Assembly (NCBI GenBank): GCA_964057225.1
Contig: OZ059898.1
Location: forward strand, 8,680,001-8,744,000
DNA length: 64,000 bases
Source: Auanema rhodensis
Taxonomy: Eukaryota; Animalia; Nematoda
Direction of reading: 5' to 3'
Shown: in pieces, positions 13,680-25,870 of the stretch
How positions within the stretch are numbered: the first letter of the stretch is position 1
How the letters are laid out: every line of letters begins with the position of its first letter
Position numbers and translations under genes: made by a program
Notes under the pieces: generated by a model
What the model was told of the DNA's origin: nothing
The model's database searches: none
What the model saw: only the letters and a program-made list of their open reading frames with translations

Positions 13680-16064
13680 ATGATTCGGGTAGCTCTTTTG
13701 CTCGTTTGCTTGACCTTGAGGTATTTAATTTTTAATTTAAATTTAAATAATTATATATTAATTTAGTCAAGCTGCTTTAATTAACAATCTCCCAGGTGCT
13801 CCATCTGTTAACTTCAAACAGTATGCTGGATATTACACTGTTGGACAAACCAAAAACCATCAACTTCATTATTGGTATCTTATAACTGTCTTATGAAGAA
13901 AAATTTATCAAAAAAATGATCAGGTTCATTGAGTCTCAAAACGATCCAAGCAATGACCCAGTACTTCTCTGGTTAACTGGAGGACCTGGATGTTCCGGAT
14001 TTTCTGCTATTCTCACCGAGTGGGGACCATTCATGGTATGAATTATAGTAATAAGCAGAAGATTTAAACTTAATATAAAGGTTAATCCCGATGGTGCTTC
14101 TCTCAGTCCCAACCCTTACTCCTGGAACAAAAAGGCTTCAATTTTGACTCTTGAAGCTCCAACAGGTGTAGGATATTCTTATTCCACTGATGGAAATGTT
14201 AAGACTGGAGATAATCAAGTAATCAAATCACCCATATGTCTTAAAACTTTAAATTATGCTCATGTAGACCGCTTTTGAAAACTGGCAAGCTCTTACTGCT
14301 TTCTTCAAAGAATTCCCACAATACAGAAAGAATGACTTCTACGTCACTGGAGAAAGTTATGGAGGTAATGATTTTCTAGTTTCTTTTTCAAAAAAAAATC
14401 AAAGAAAAGTGAAAGAAAAACAATTGAATTTAGAGGATAGTTAGATTTTTTTAGAACTTAAAACCTTTTTTATTACAAAAAAAGTGATCATTCTGTCGTT
14501 CATTTTGAGTTCGGATGAATAGGCACGACCGGTCCTATTCACAATCTGAAAGAAAATGAAAATGACCAGTTGAGTCAGTCACATAATCTTTCTGAGAACT
14601 TTATAAACGAAGGTTAGAACATGAAGAAGGGATTAAGAAAGAGATTAAATATATTGATTTATCTAAATAAAATTTTATTAAACTATGACAAAAAAGAATA
14701 ATTAATGAAATTATTAATAAATTGTCGTTTAGGTATCTATGTTCCAACTTTGGTTCGTGAAATTATGCATCAAAATACTCAAAATCCTATTCAACCTATC
14801 AACCTTAAGGTTTGTTTTATCATATAACGAAATTTTAAAAAAAATCTCTTATAGGGATTCGCTATTGGAAACGGTTGTGTATCTTTCCCAGAAAATACTG
14901 ACAGTTTAATCGAGTTCTTATACGGTCACGGAATTATCGATGAAACGTAAGTACAAACTTATTATCTTTGAAAATTAAAGAGATAAGAATATATCAAATA
15001 GATAATTTTCATTTAATATCTATCAAATATATTTTTTATTTGTTTATGATAATCATATATTCTTAATCATTATAATCAATTTAAGTTTTAAGGTTTTAAG
15101 TTTTAAAATAGAGAAAAACCTCTTTTATAAAACTTAAAAAGAGAAGAAAAAATTATTTAATTAGAATATTTTTTTTTGCAGAAGCTGGAAGAAGGTTCGC
15201 CAACAATGTTGTAATAACAGCACTGATTATTGTGAATTCCACAAATTCACTGGACTTAACTATTGTAAAGAATTTGTTATTGCTACCAATAACAATGCTT
15301 GGGCTGGAGGATTGAACCCATACAACATGTATGATAACTGTGTTAACGATGCATCTCAAATGCCTACTCGTTTTGCTGCTGATTACAAGCTTCATACCGG
15401 AAAGGATGTTGAAACATCACAAGTATGTTAGATAGAACATCAACTGTACTTTCATACTTCTTCAGCTTAATTCCGTTCCATGCATGAATGAAAGTGCTGT
15501 TACTACCTACTTGAATCGTCCTGATGTCAGAAAGGCTCTTTTCGTTCCATCTAGCATTGGACGTTGGGCAATTTGCAGGTAAAAACAGAAGTTTTAATGA
15601 AGCGGAATAACATTTCTTTCAATTAAGTGACTCCATCACCAGATCATACAACAGAGAAACTCAAGATACTTCCCCAATTTTCAAGGATGCTCTTAAGGCC
15701 GGACTTAGAGGTAATCATTAATATTTATTCTTTTTTTCTAATTAATATAATCTTTTGTTTCAGTCATGCTTTACAGTGGAGATGTTGATATGGCTTGCAA
15801 CTTCATGATGGGAAAACGTTTCTCTGATAAACTTGGATACGCTGTTACCCAATCAAACAGACACTACAACGTAGATGGACAAATTGGAGGATACTACACT
15901 CGCTACGGAAACTTAACCTTTGTTACAGCTAGAGTATGAGCTATTTTCTAATTTATTTTCTAAAATATGTATCTTTACAGGGAGCTGGACATATGGTTCC
16001 AACAGATAAACCATCAGTTGCTTATCACATTATTGACTCTTTCCTTAACCAGAAGAATCTTTAA
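13680..16064 (+). CDS. Serine carboxypeptidase, peptidase S10 / cathepsin A-like, secreted or lysosomal
   Basis: Signal peptide [16 protein letters not shown]; motifs [37 protein letters not shown], catalytic [22 protein letters not shown] and RGAGHMVP. Confidence 0.95.
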
Positions 16065-16570
16065 ACAATTTTAAAATGAATATAATTAATAATTATATAA
16101 AAATTTGAATACATATATATGTATGTATTCATATAATAATCATATATGATGTATAAAATTATAAATAAACATTTCTTTATATTAATCTTATGTTCTTTAA
16201 GTTCTTTTCAACATTTATTGTAGACTACAAAACATTATGACGTACATGTATGTATACGTCGTCAAAATGATTAGAATTTATCTTTTAAACTAAAAATCAG
16301 AAAGAAATCAAAAGAGCACAATTAAAACTTAGAATGAGCAACCTTCTTAGAGGCAAAAAAAAAGTAAAAAAAGCCATTACAGAGTTTCTTATCTTTCTTA
16401 AAACTTCAGTTTGATATACATTTGTGTATACGTGTTAAAATAATGACTATATGAATTGCATCAGTTTTTACAATAAAAGGTCACCACATGACACTCAGTC
16501 AAGGGTATTTCAGTTCAAATTATTCCAAGAAAAAAAAAAGGAAAGATAAGAATGTGATTAAATAGTGATG

Positions 16571-18420
16571 CTAAAAGTTCTGTTCTAAATTTTGCCAATC
16601 AAGGTGTACATGAGCATCAGCTGGTTGCATCAAACGTGGCGCATCCTACAACAAAGGCGGGTTAATTGTGATAATATAATTGCAAAATAAACAAACCTCT
16701 CGAAATCTTATCAAACCATCTGGTAATGTAGTTTCTACTGTAAGTTCAGATGATATCATAATATTTTCTGGTGATTTTTTTGAATTATCACAGCTACACA
16801 TACATTGTCCATTAACTATACTTCCTAAAATACAAATTTAAAAATAATTTTATAAATATATAATTATAATAATTAATACCAGGGAATAATGAATTAGAAG
16901 TTGGTTTCTTAGCAATTTTTGGCGGCTTAGGTTCATCAACAGAAATATTTTTCGTTTCAGAATCATGTACAGCTTCTTCAAAAATAAAAATATTTATATT
17001 AAAATCAATTATAATTGATATAACCTATATTATGAATTGAAGTTCTTCTAACACAATCTAATAAGTCAGTCTTAAAGAAAAAGTTTTTGATTTAAAAATA
17101 TTTTTTAATGAAACTTACTTGTAAATCATTATCAAAATGTTCTCGAACATTACAAATACATGTTCGTAGTCTAGAATGATCATTATTTCTACATGGAGTT
17201 TCTCTTCTTACACTTAAAAATAAAATATTTTAATAAAATATTATTTTATATTTTATAAACTTTGATAAACATGTTCTAAATGTATAATCTCTTTGAAATA
17301 TAGCTTGAAGATATTGGGCATTATTATCTAAAAACTGTCTGTAACAAACTAATTCTGTTTCTTCTAATAAGCATGAAGTTGTTAGATTATTACTGAAAAT
17401 AAAAACTTTTTTTTACAAAGTTTGTTTCGATGAAACAAATACATTTTTGGATCTCCTGTATGAAGTAATCGATTTATACCATTTCCAAATACTCGTGGTT
17501 GTTCCTGTATATTAATTATATTAATTATATATTTATATATTAATTTACTTTTGTGCGACATATAGCCATAGTATCAAGACTTGGACGTATTCTTCCTAAT
17601 TCAGGTAATCCCCATAATCTATCTGATACATCACCACTTAATAATAATCGAGCATATACTATATCTTCTATAAATTATATTTTATGAAATTTAAATTAAA
17701 ACAAAGAAATAATATTATGATTGAGCTATGTACCATCAAGAATAACTGGTCCAAAACGTCGTCTTTGTGGTACAAAAGGAGAATTTAGGAAACATCGATC
17801 AGCAGATGAGCGAAAATTCATCATGGAAACAGAAAACATGTCTTGAGCTTTAATAAATATTTAATATTATAATTTACTAAATATATCTTAATAAGATATA
17901 TACATATGGTTAATAAAATAATATTTTTGTTTACTTACTCTCATTAACAGAATTTCGAAGAGGTGCACGAAGATGTTTAATTGCTGTCTTATAACAACGA
18001 TCAAATACTTTTTTTTCTTCATGACAACTTAATATAATAATAATTAAATAATAATATAATTGAATGAAATATTACGCTGGACGCTTGAAACAATGTTTAA
18101 ATGCTTCTTCTTTCAAACTTTGAACTATACTTTCAGATTCTTCTGCTTCAATTGTACACTTCTGAATTTCATCCGCACAATAATACTGTGATTGAACCTG
18201 ACATTAAAAAAATAATAAAAATATAGTGCTTATATATAATTTATTAATTCTTATTTAGTTTTTTTTTGTTAAAATTGAAAAAGAAAGAAGATTTTCATTC
18301 AATTAACAATGAGGAAAGTTTTAATTTAATTAATATATATAATATATGATTAACTAATTATTTTATTTCAAAACTTACAGTTTTCATTAAACATAATATG
18401 AAATATATTAGAAAATTCAT
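16571..18420 (-). CDS. Secreted Cys-rich uncharacterised protein
   Basis: Signal-like MNFLIYFILCLMKT|VQSQYYCADEIQKC...; multiple in-phase exons with spaced Cys; ends GQCMCSCD...LIRFRE|DAPRLMQPADAHVHLDWQNLEQNF*. Confidence 0.75.
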
Positions 18421-19126
18421 TTGAGGAGATACACGGAAGAAGATGAATATAGGAAATAAATGCTTACAATGGGCTGGTGTTTATTAAGTTCCGGCAGTAT
18501 GACCATTTCCACTTCTACATTTGATCTACTTACAACTTAAAGTACACAAAGAGAATCCTATCCGGATATAAAATAACCAAACAACTATAGAATATATGGA
18601 TATATTATATATATAGTATATATAAAGGTTTTTAATATTATAAAATAGTTTTATATTTGAAGGAAATATATTTGACTTTAAGTGGATAGATACATATGTG
18701 TATAGTTATCCTTGATAAATATATCTAGTTCGTTTGTCTTTTATTTGAATATTCAACAACTTAAACAATATTTTCGGGAGTGCTCTATCCAGGGGGTCTG
18801 TAGGGTATTCCCCCCAGATGGAGAGAGCTTCAACAACATTTTTTTTAATATAGCATCAAAACTATTTATGTTATGATGCCGCCTGCTACACATAAACCCT
18901 GGATTCTATTATATATTTGTGTGTACACAGGTATTTGAGTCAACTAAATTCTATTCGTCGTTGTCGTTAACAGTCAAATGATTGTGAGTGTCGTTCAACC
19001 CCGCTATTTCATCACATTTTCATCAATTTGATGAAATACCTACCAATTCCAACAATGTGTTCTGCAAACATGTTTTACAGCGTTCTTGCTAGGTGGTTTC
19101 ATTTGAATGCTTAAACCTAGAGTATT

Positions 19127-19557
19127 TTAGATGTTGCGACTTAGCAACTCTGTGTTTAATAAGATGGCCATGGCACCGAAGTCCGCTGGTGTGTCAAGCA
19201 CGTAAGCGACAACCTGCTCATGTGGCTGGTCTCCTAACATAAACGCACAAAATCCCCTATACAAAAAGCACTTTTTCCACTTTCTACATAGCTCTGCCAT
19301 CGGGACATGGCACTCCATCATTCGCCCGGCTCTATATGTAGTGTGCTCTTCCCTAAACAAAACCGGCTAAATCATTGACAATCTTGCCGGATGCGCCTCT
19401 TCCAATCCCGCTTAGTCTTTGCTAACGCATCCCACAACTAAGTCAACGAATTCAACCCATATGCCTTAAGGACCACCGGGTGAAGTTCTTCAGAGACCAC
19501 AGATTTCTCTAACGGCCTCACCCGGACTCTGCCTAAGATTTCTTTCGCACTCTTCAT
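19127..19557 (-). pseudogene. Disrupted GC-rich orphan ORF, possibly foreign or element-derived
   Basis: MKSAKEILGRVRVRPLEKSVVSEELHPVVLKAYGLNSLT*LWDALAKTKRDWKRRIRQ.. then a frame change into LFREEHTTYRAGRMMECHVP...LLSRNI*. Visibly more GC-rich than the flanks; a short GT-AG intron (~19560-19600) lies just upstream of the ATG. Confidence 0.45.
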
Positions 19558-19678
19558 AGCTGCAATAAGTATACTACGTAAATAGTTTTACAAGATTTAC
19601 ATGTAGTCTCAGCAAAATGGGTTATCTTGGCTCTTGAATTGATGTAGAAGCGATCAAACTCGTTAATTCTTCTTCCTC

Positions 19679-20091
19679 TAGATGTTTGATAATTCACGCT
19701 AAGCTATTGATCTAGAAGCGTAAATTTCATAATGTTCTTCATTTCTGAATGATAATAAAACCAGATGAAGAGCAAGCCCCTGGCTTATTAATTTTTTTTC
19801 TTTATTGTCTTAGAAATCTTTTTATGAGCAAATTGATCAGATAACATTAGATAACAGACAAATTATATTAACAGTTTATTTCAGTAAAAGTCTAATATTA
19901 AAACATAAATTCCACTCGTAATGTTTTCATCTTCAAATCGGTTTTTGACATGTTTATATCTGTATCTCTATCTTTATTGAAATTTGCTTCTCTAAAATTA
20001 ATAAACCAGGGGCTTGCTCTTCATCTTACCTTATTATCATTCAGAAATGAAGAACATTATGAAATTTATAGCGTGAATCATCAAACATCTA
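19679..20091. repeat. Inverted repeat module A (19679-19795 / 19994-20091)
   Basis: tagatgtttgataattcacgcta...taaatttcataatgttcttcatttctgaatgataataa...agatgaagagcaagcccctggcttattaatttt is the near-exact reverse complement of 19994-20091, apart from an ~19-nt insertion in the left copy. Confidence 0.9.
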
Positions 20092-20268
20092 AAACCTTTA
20101 TAAAGACGAGCATCAGATGTGTTGCTCACTTCAATTTTATGTTCAACTGGATTAAATGCTTATTTAATTTTTTTTTAAATATACTTTTTCATGTTAACCT
20201 ATTCCAAATTTCTTATTTAAATATTTTACTTTCTTAAGAAATCAAATCAAATTGTGGAAACAACAGCT

Positions 20269-21037
20269 ATGAGCGTTAGTAAAGATTGGCAACAAAATGT
20301 TTTGAATCGTTTGAAAAAAATGAGTAAAAAAGTGAAAGAATTTAATGACATAATTAATGATTTGACACAGGTAGTTTTTTTCATTTTTTTCGTTTAAACA
20401 TGCTTTAAAGCTTTAGGAAGTCGAAAATCTTGATCTTGAAATGAATGAAATGGTTGATCAATCTTCTGATTCAACTATTAATGATGTGACACAGGTAGTT
20501 TTTTTTCATTTTTTTCGTTTAAACATGCTTTAAAGCTTTAGGAAGTCGAAAATCTTGATCTTGAAATGAATGAAATGGTTGATCAATATTCTGATTCAAC
20601 TATTAATGATGAGACACAGGTAGTTTTTTTCATTTTTTTCGTTTAAATATGCTTTAAAACTTTAGGAAGTCAAATCTGTTGATCTTGGAAATGATGGAAC
20701 GGTTACTAAGACGAAGAAGAAAAAACGAAATTATAAACTTTCGAAGTTTGTAGATGATATGACCCAACAATCCGAGGATTTAAATTTGAGTCATATTAAA
20801 CCTAATGTACAAAACAATTATGTGTTGCATAGTGGTTCTGTTGCTTGTGAATGGAAGTTTTTCGAAAAAACTTTGATTGAGTTCTATCAAACAATTGAAA
20901 AAAAAGAGTCAGTAGTAGAAAAGTTTAAAAAATATGTTGAAAAAGATGTTAAAAAACGATTTGTAGAAAAGAATATTATGAGTGGAATATATGCTCATAT
21001 GGTTTTTAAAAACCATATAGTAAGTGATCAAAAATAA
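20269..21037 (+). CDS. Orphan ~209-aa protein with acidic 26-aa repeats and a Lys-rich NLS-like stretch; exons 20269-20370, 20417-20494, 20542-20619, 20666-21037
   Basis: All three introns are phase 0 GT-AG and the frame is intact: MSVSKDWQQNVLNRLKK...TQ|EVENLDLEMNEMVDQSSDSTINDVTQ|EVENLDLEMNEMVDQYSDSTINDETQ|EVKSVDLGNDGTVTKTKKKKRNYKLSKF...SDQK*. Confidence 0.75.
20353..20690 (+). repeat. Tandem ~124-125 bp exon+intron repeat, ~2.7 copies
   Basis: attaatgat..gacacag gtagttttttttcatttttttcgtttaaacatgctttaaagctttag gaagtc occurs three times, nearly identical. Confidence 0.95.
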
Positions 21038-21998
21038 TTTTCCATTTTACATGCAGGAAACGAATTTATTTCTTTAAAATTTTAAATCTTTATTGAAATT
21101 TATGTTTTAATATTAGACTTTTACTGAAATAAACTGTTAATATAATTTGTCTGTTATCTAATGTTATCAGATCAATTTGTTCATAAGAAGATTTCTAAGA
21201 CAATAATCCGTTTCGTTAAGTCTTCCAAAGCGCACTGTCCGGCAGCTGTAGTTAGTAAGATCTAGAGCAGAAAAAATTGTGAACGAGAGATCAGAAGCGA
21301 CAATTCTGATTTCAGAAAAAAATTTAAAAAACTCAAAAAATCATGTTTAAAGGTATTTTTTGGAGTCTCCGAAATTTTCATAAACTGTTTGAAGTCTTCT
21401 TTCATGAATTTCAGAAGTTTCATCAAAACTTCAGATATAAGATTCAGATGCTGAAACTCATTTGCATGAAGCTATAAAATTTATATAAATTTTGAGATAA
21501 AATAGAATTCAAAAGAAAAACAATTTTGTAAGCGAAATTTCAATTTTGGTAAATTTTGAAATTGAATGAACAAGTCAATTCAAGTCAACATTGCTTTTAC
21601 TTGGTTATAAAGATCATTTTGCTTTATTCACGCTGCAACTTGGGTTTTGAAGATAAATTAAGAATTTAAGATCGTGTTCAGATTTCTGGATTTTGTAAAT
21701 TAAAACTTGTATAAACTTCAAAAAAGCATATCAATCAGTTCTAGGAAAAAAAAGATCTAAAAAGTAGAATCAACTCTCACTAACTTGTGTAGTCTGCTAC
21801 TGTTTTAAAAAGATTAAAAATTGAATTTAATCAGTTATTTCTATCAATCATGTTATCAAAGATAGATCATTCAGCAATATATGTTTTTATTATCTGCAGC
21901 ATTATGTATTATGTACTTCTTTTAGAAAAATCAAATACTGTTTAATTTAATTTATATTATTTATTATAATATTTATTATAAAATTATATATTTATAGT

Positions 21999-23503
21999 AT
22001 GTCACCTCCGTTAGAATTCATGTATCCTCCTTCGAATTTTACTTCGGAAGAACTAGCTCGTGAAATGAGTCAGAGAGCTTTACAACCAATTTGGGATTTT
22101 ATTCGTGTAATATATACTTTATTCAATTTATTATAATATATTTTTAATATTAAGATTGGAAATGAGAAAGTTTTAAGCTCACCACTATTTCCTCCATTTT
22201 ATGCGTTGTCAATTGATTATGCTTTTGTAATTATATTTACAAGTATATTAAGTATTATTTAAATTATTATATTATATTATATTTTAGTTATTGATTTATA
22301 TTTTTATGATGTTCCTTTTTTCAAAAATCATAAAATTCAAAAAGACAAGAAGGTTACATGGACTTTAATTAAAAAATCTTTGAAATTACAATTATGGAAT
22401 CAATTACTCTGGTAAAAATACATAGAATAATTCTGATTTTTACTATATATTTATCTATTCTTCAGGATCTATCCAATGGCTTTGGTTCAATTAATCTGGG
22501 TACCTCCTACTGAATTACCAGCACTTGCACCTACAGTTTGGGAATTTGTAACTCAGGTATTCTAAATTTATTTGTCTGAACCACATACATTTTTATAATT
22601 GAAAAAATTAATTTATAGATTAGTATATACTTCCTTTTATTTGATTTTTCATATTTCTGGTTCCACTATATTCATCACAAGGTAAGATAAAGATATTTAC
22701 TTTTTCTTTCTAATTTCTAATCTTTTATTAGAAAATTGAAAAACTTGATAAAAATATGATAAAATTCGACCTTTACCTTTTATTTTCATAAATATTGATA
22801 AGATTGATCAAAAAAAGGCATGAAAGATTAATAAGATCATAATATTGACACAAATGAGCAGAAATAATTAAAAATTTCTTCAATTTTTCATATAAAATTA
22901 TAATTAATATTATTTGCAGGTTAAATTCTTATATAGATGGTGCCATTCAGTTCATCATATGTATTCATCCCCATGTGCAGCTGTTGCACAACATCTTCAT
23001 CCATTTGAAGTATTGAAATATAATTTTTTGAAAATAAGTTAATAATATTCTATAGTTATTCTTTGTTGGAACATTTATTACTGTTGTTCCATGGATATTT
23101 CCAACTCATTGTTTCACATATTGGACATGGTTTCTTATAGCTCAAAGTGTTTCTTATGAAGTAATTATTACAAATATTATTATATAGTTATCAAAGTTAT
23201 TGTTCAGGTTCATCTTGGTTATGATTTTCCATTTGGATTGCATCGATTATTCTTCTTCTATGCTGGTACACCTGCTCATGACATGCATCATCTCAGACCC
23301 CTAACATGTTTTGAACCTTGGTTGAACTATTTGGACCGTTTAATGGGTAATTAAGTTTTTTTAAATCTTATTTTACTCCTAAAACAAATCTTACAGGTTA
23401 TCATATAACATATGAAGATTTAAAGAAAATGGCTGATGACAAAGCCAAACGATATGGATTGTATAAAAAAGAAGATATTGCCGGATTAGAATGGCATAAT
23501 TAA
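21999..23503 (+). CDS. Fatty-acid hydroxylase / cholesterol 25-hydroxylase-like membrane di-iron enzyme
   Basis: Histidine boxes FWFHYIHHK, WCHSVHH and AHDMHH, plus HLGYDFP and LDRLMG; acceptor TTTATAG just before the ATG. Confidence 0.9.
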
Positions 23504-23605
23504 ACATTGAAATATTAATTATTATTATTTTATAACAATTTAATAAAAAAAAAGAAAGAATTCGAAATTTATATCTTTCTTGTCAAGTAATTGTTGTGTT
23601 TTTCA

Positions 23606-24654
23606 TTATAATTCTTCTGATATATATAGAGTATTCCTTTTGTCGATATTCATCATTATTCTAAAATTATTATATTATATAATTTAAAATTAAATTATTA
23701 TTGATATACATATGTATAGATAAACTAACCTTGTAAATTCATCCCAATATGATATATTGAAATATTTTTGAATAATATCATAAACATCAGCTGATATACG
23801 ATGTTCAAAATACCATAAACGATATAATGCTTGATATCCAGCTTTGTTCAAATGCTTGAAGCTCTATACTCACAAATGATGAATAAATTACAATTCTATA
23901 TGTTTTTACCCATAAAAGAAGCTTATCATTCACAAGATAATAAAAAAAAGTTCCACTTTCAATATCACTGATTAAACCATTTGCAATTTCAGTTAACTAA
24001 AATATAATTAAAACATAAATATATCTTAATTTTGTTATAATTAGGCATATACAATACGTATAAATAATAAGAATTATTTTAAGTTTACAAGAATGAATGT
24101 GACATGATAAGAAATTTTTTATCTTTTCTTGCAAAATCGGAGATATTTCTTCTCTAATTATAACTTTTTCTTATATTATAAAATTTAATATCATATATTC
24201 TTAATTATGTCTCACTTTTGTTGATGGTAGTGATAAAGCATAGGTTTTGATATCAGATGCCATACCATCCCATGATTTCTGAATTCATATAATCATATAG
24301 AATGTATAGTATAGTATAATAATCTTTAAAACAAAATATATATATATATATATAATTTTACCTTAACAGCAGGATTTAAACTTATGAAACAGTCATCTAT
24401 AGACTTATTTAAATATTTTGGAGTTACTAAACTAGTATTCCAAGACATTATCATAACAGGCTTTAAAACTTTCTTAATATATAGATAATATTTTAAAATA
24501 ATTATAAACAACTTACTTCAAAAACATTATTAGCAACAGTCATTAAATTAATTTTACCAGTATTTGGGTCAATTAATGGAGCATCTTTCATAACAAATGT
24601 TTGAGTTTTTGAGTAATGAATACATCCCAATAAAAGAAATATTTTTAACAACAT
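23606..24654 (-). CDS. Secreted uncharacterised protein
   Basis: Signal peptide MLLKIFLLLGCIHYSKT; about 7 in-phase exons (QTFVMKDAPLIDPNTGKINL..., ...YQALYRLWYFEHRISADVY...); convergent with the hydroxylase. Confidence 0.65.
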
Positions 24655-25614
24655 CTAAATTATATTTTATAATAATAAAATATATAATTATAATAAATGA
24701 AAACGTATCAGTTTAAAATTTAAAAATATAATGAAAGTCTAATAATTTATAATTTATTTTAATATATAAGTTTTAATGAGATTATAAATGGGATAATGAT
24801 CAATGCAGCCTGTTTGACATACCAATTATCATAACTATAACGGATTTTACTTTGAATTTCATCCGATTACAACAACGAATATCCGATTTACAGTACAAAG
24901 ATACTGAAAACATCTAAAACCTATTTCAATCTATAATGAATTTGAAATATTTGAAAAAGAATTATATGAAAATCAAATAGAAATATTATTTTTTGAAATT
25001 CATTCAAATAACAAAAATTTCAAGAAACCATTAATGATTATGAAACTGTACATCAAGAAATACATATTATATCATCTTACTGTATTTTCTTATTTTAATT
25101 TGATTTATATACATAGGTTTTAATAATAATATTTTATATAATAATTTATATGTTATAATCTAATACATAAATAATCCAAATCAATGTGTAGTTTGTCTTT
25201 CTCTCTCTACTTCCGGCTAAGGGACATCCCTTTAATACAGTACATCATGTAGTTTGATGTAATCCAAATATTCAAACTTAGTCTAAATGAAAAGGTCAAT
25301 TATTTGGAGTTTAAGTTGTTCAACAGCTGATGAAATACTTTTTAAGATTATAATACCATTATTTATATTTATATTCTTATGATATTTTATGGAAAAATTA
25401 TTAAAAGTTATAAAAGCCCCCTCGAATTTTTAAAGTATAATCAAGTGTATGGAAAAGCAACATGTATTTCAAAATTTGTATAGAAGGAAATACATATTAT
25501 CTCTTCATCTCTGATGGTGAGACATGATAAGATAAGATTGACTATTCAAAATCAATTCTTTTCAGTTTTACATTTCTGTTTTACTCTTAAATAAGCATAG
25601 AAAAGTAAAAAATG

Positions 25615-25615
<1 letters not shown>

Positions 25616-25666
<51 letters not shown>

Positions 25667-25690
25667 AGAGAGAGAGAGGGGGGGGGGGAG
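25616..25690. repeat. (GA)n microsatellite followed by a poly-G run
   Basis: Direct reading of the sequence. Confidence 0.95.
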
Positions 25691-25870
25691 ATGAAGAGAG
25701 AAAAGAAAAGAAAAGAATTAACTGCAAAATACCATGTCTTGTGTCCTTCTGATAGAAAACTATTCTATTCAATCAATATTATATAATAATTTATTTTATT
25801 TTATTTATATATTATTATTTTATATTTATTTTATATTTATATTATAAAAATTAAGAATTTACTATTCCAA

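Larger units (their letters stand above)
19802..21206. repeat. Inverted repeat module B (~110 bp; 19802-19911 / 21097-21206) bracketing a 1.4-kb segment
   Basis: ttattgtcttagaaatct...cagataacattagataacagacaaattatattaacagtttatttcagtaaaagtctaatattaaaacataaatt matches the reverse complement of 21097-21206 with only a few mismatches. Confidence 0.92.

Noticed and set aside
19127-19557. Fanzor/TnpB identity for the decayed ORF
   Set aside because: Only a vague resemblance (EEHTT, DFGAMAIL); no RuvC-I motif, no CxxC zinc-finger pairs, and far too short.
20353-20690. CRISPR-like repeat-spacer array
   Set aside because: The 'spacers' are near-identical coding exons and the 'repeats' are spliceosomal introns in a eukaryotic gene.
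19802-21206. Canonical MULE/TIR transposon call
   Set aside because: The flanks (ttttttttct / tccgtttcg) show no target-site duplication, and module A extends outside the putative TIRs.
21225-21266. Helitron 3' end (hairpin plus CTAG)
   Set aside because: The hairpin is weak and CTAG is followed by A rather than T.
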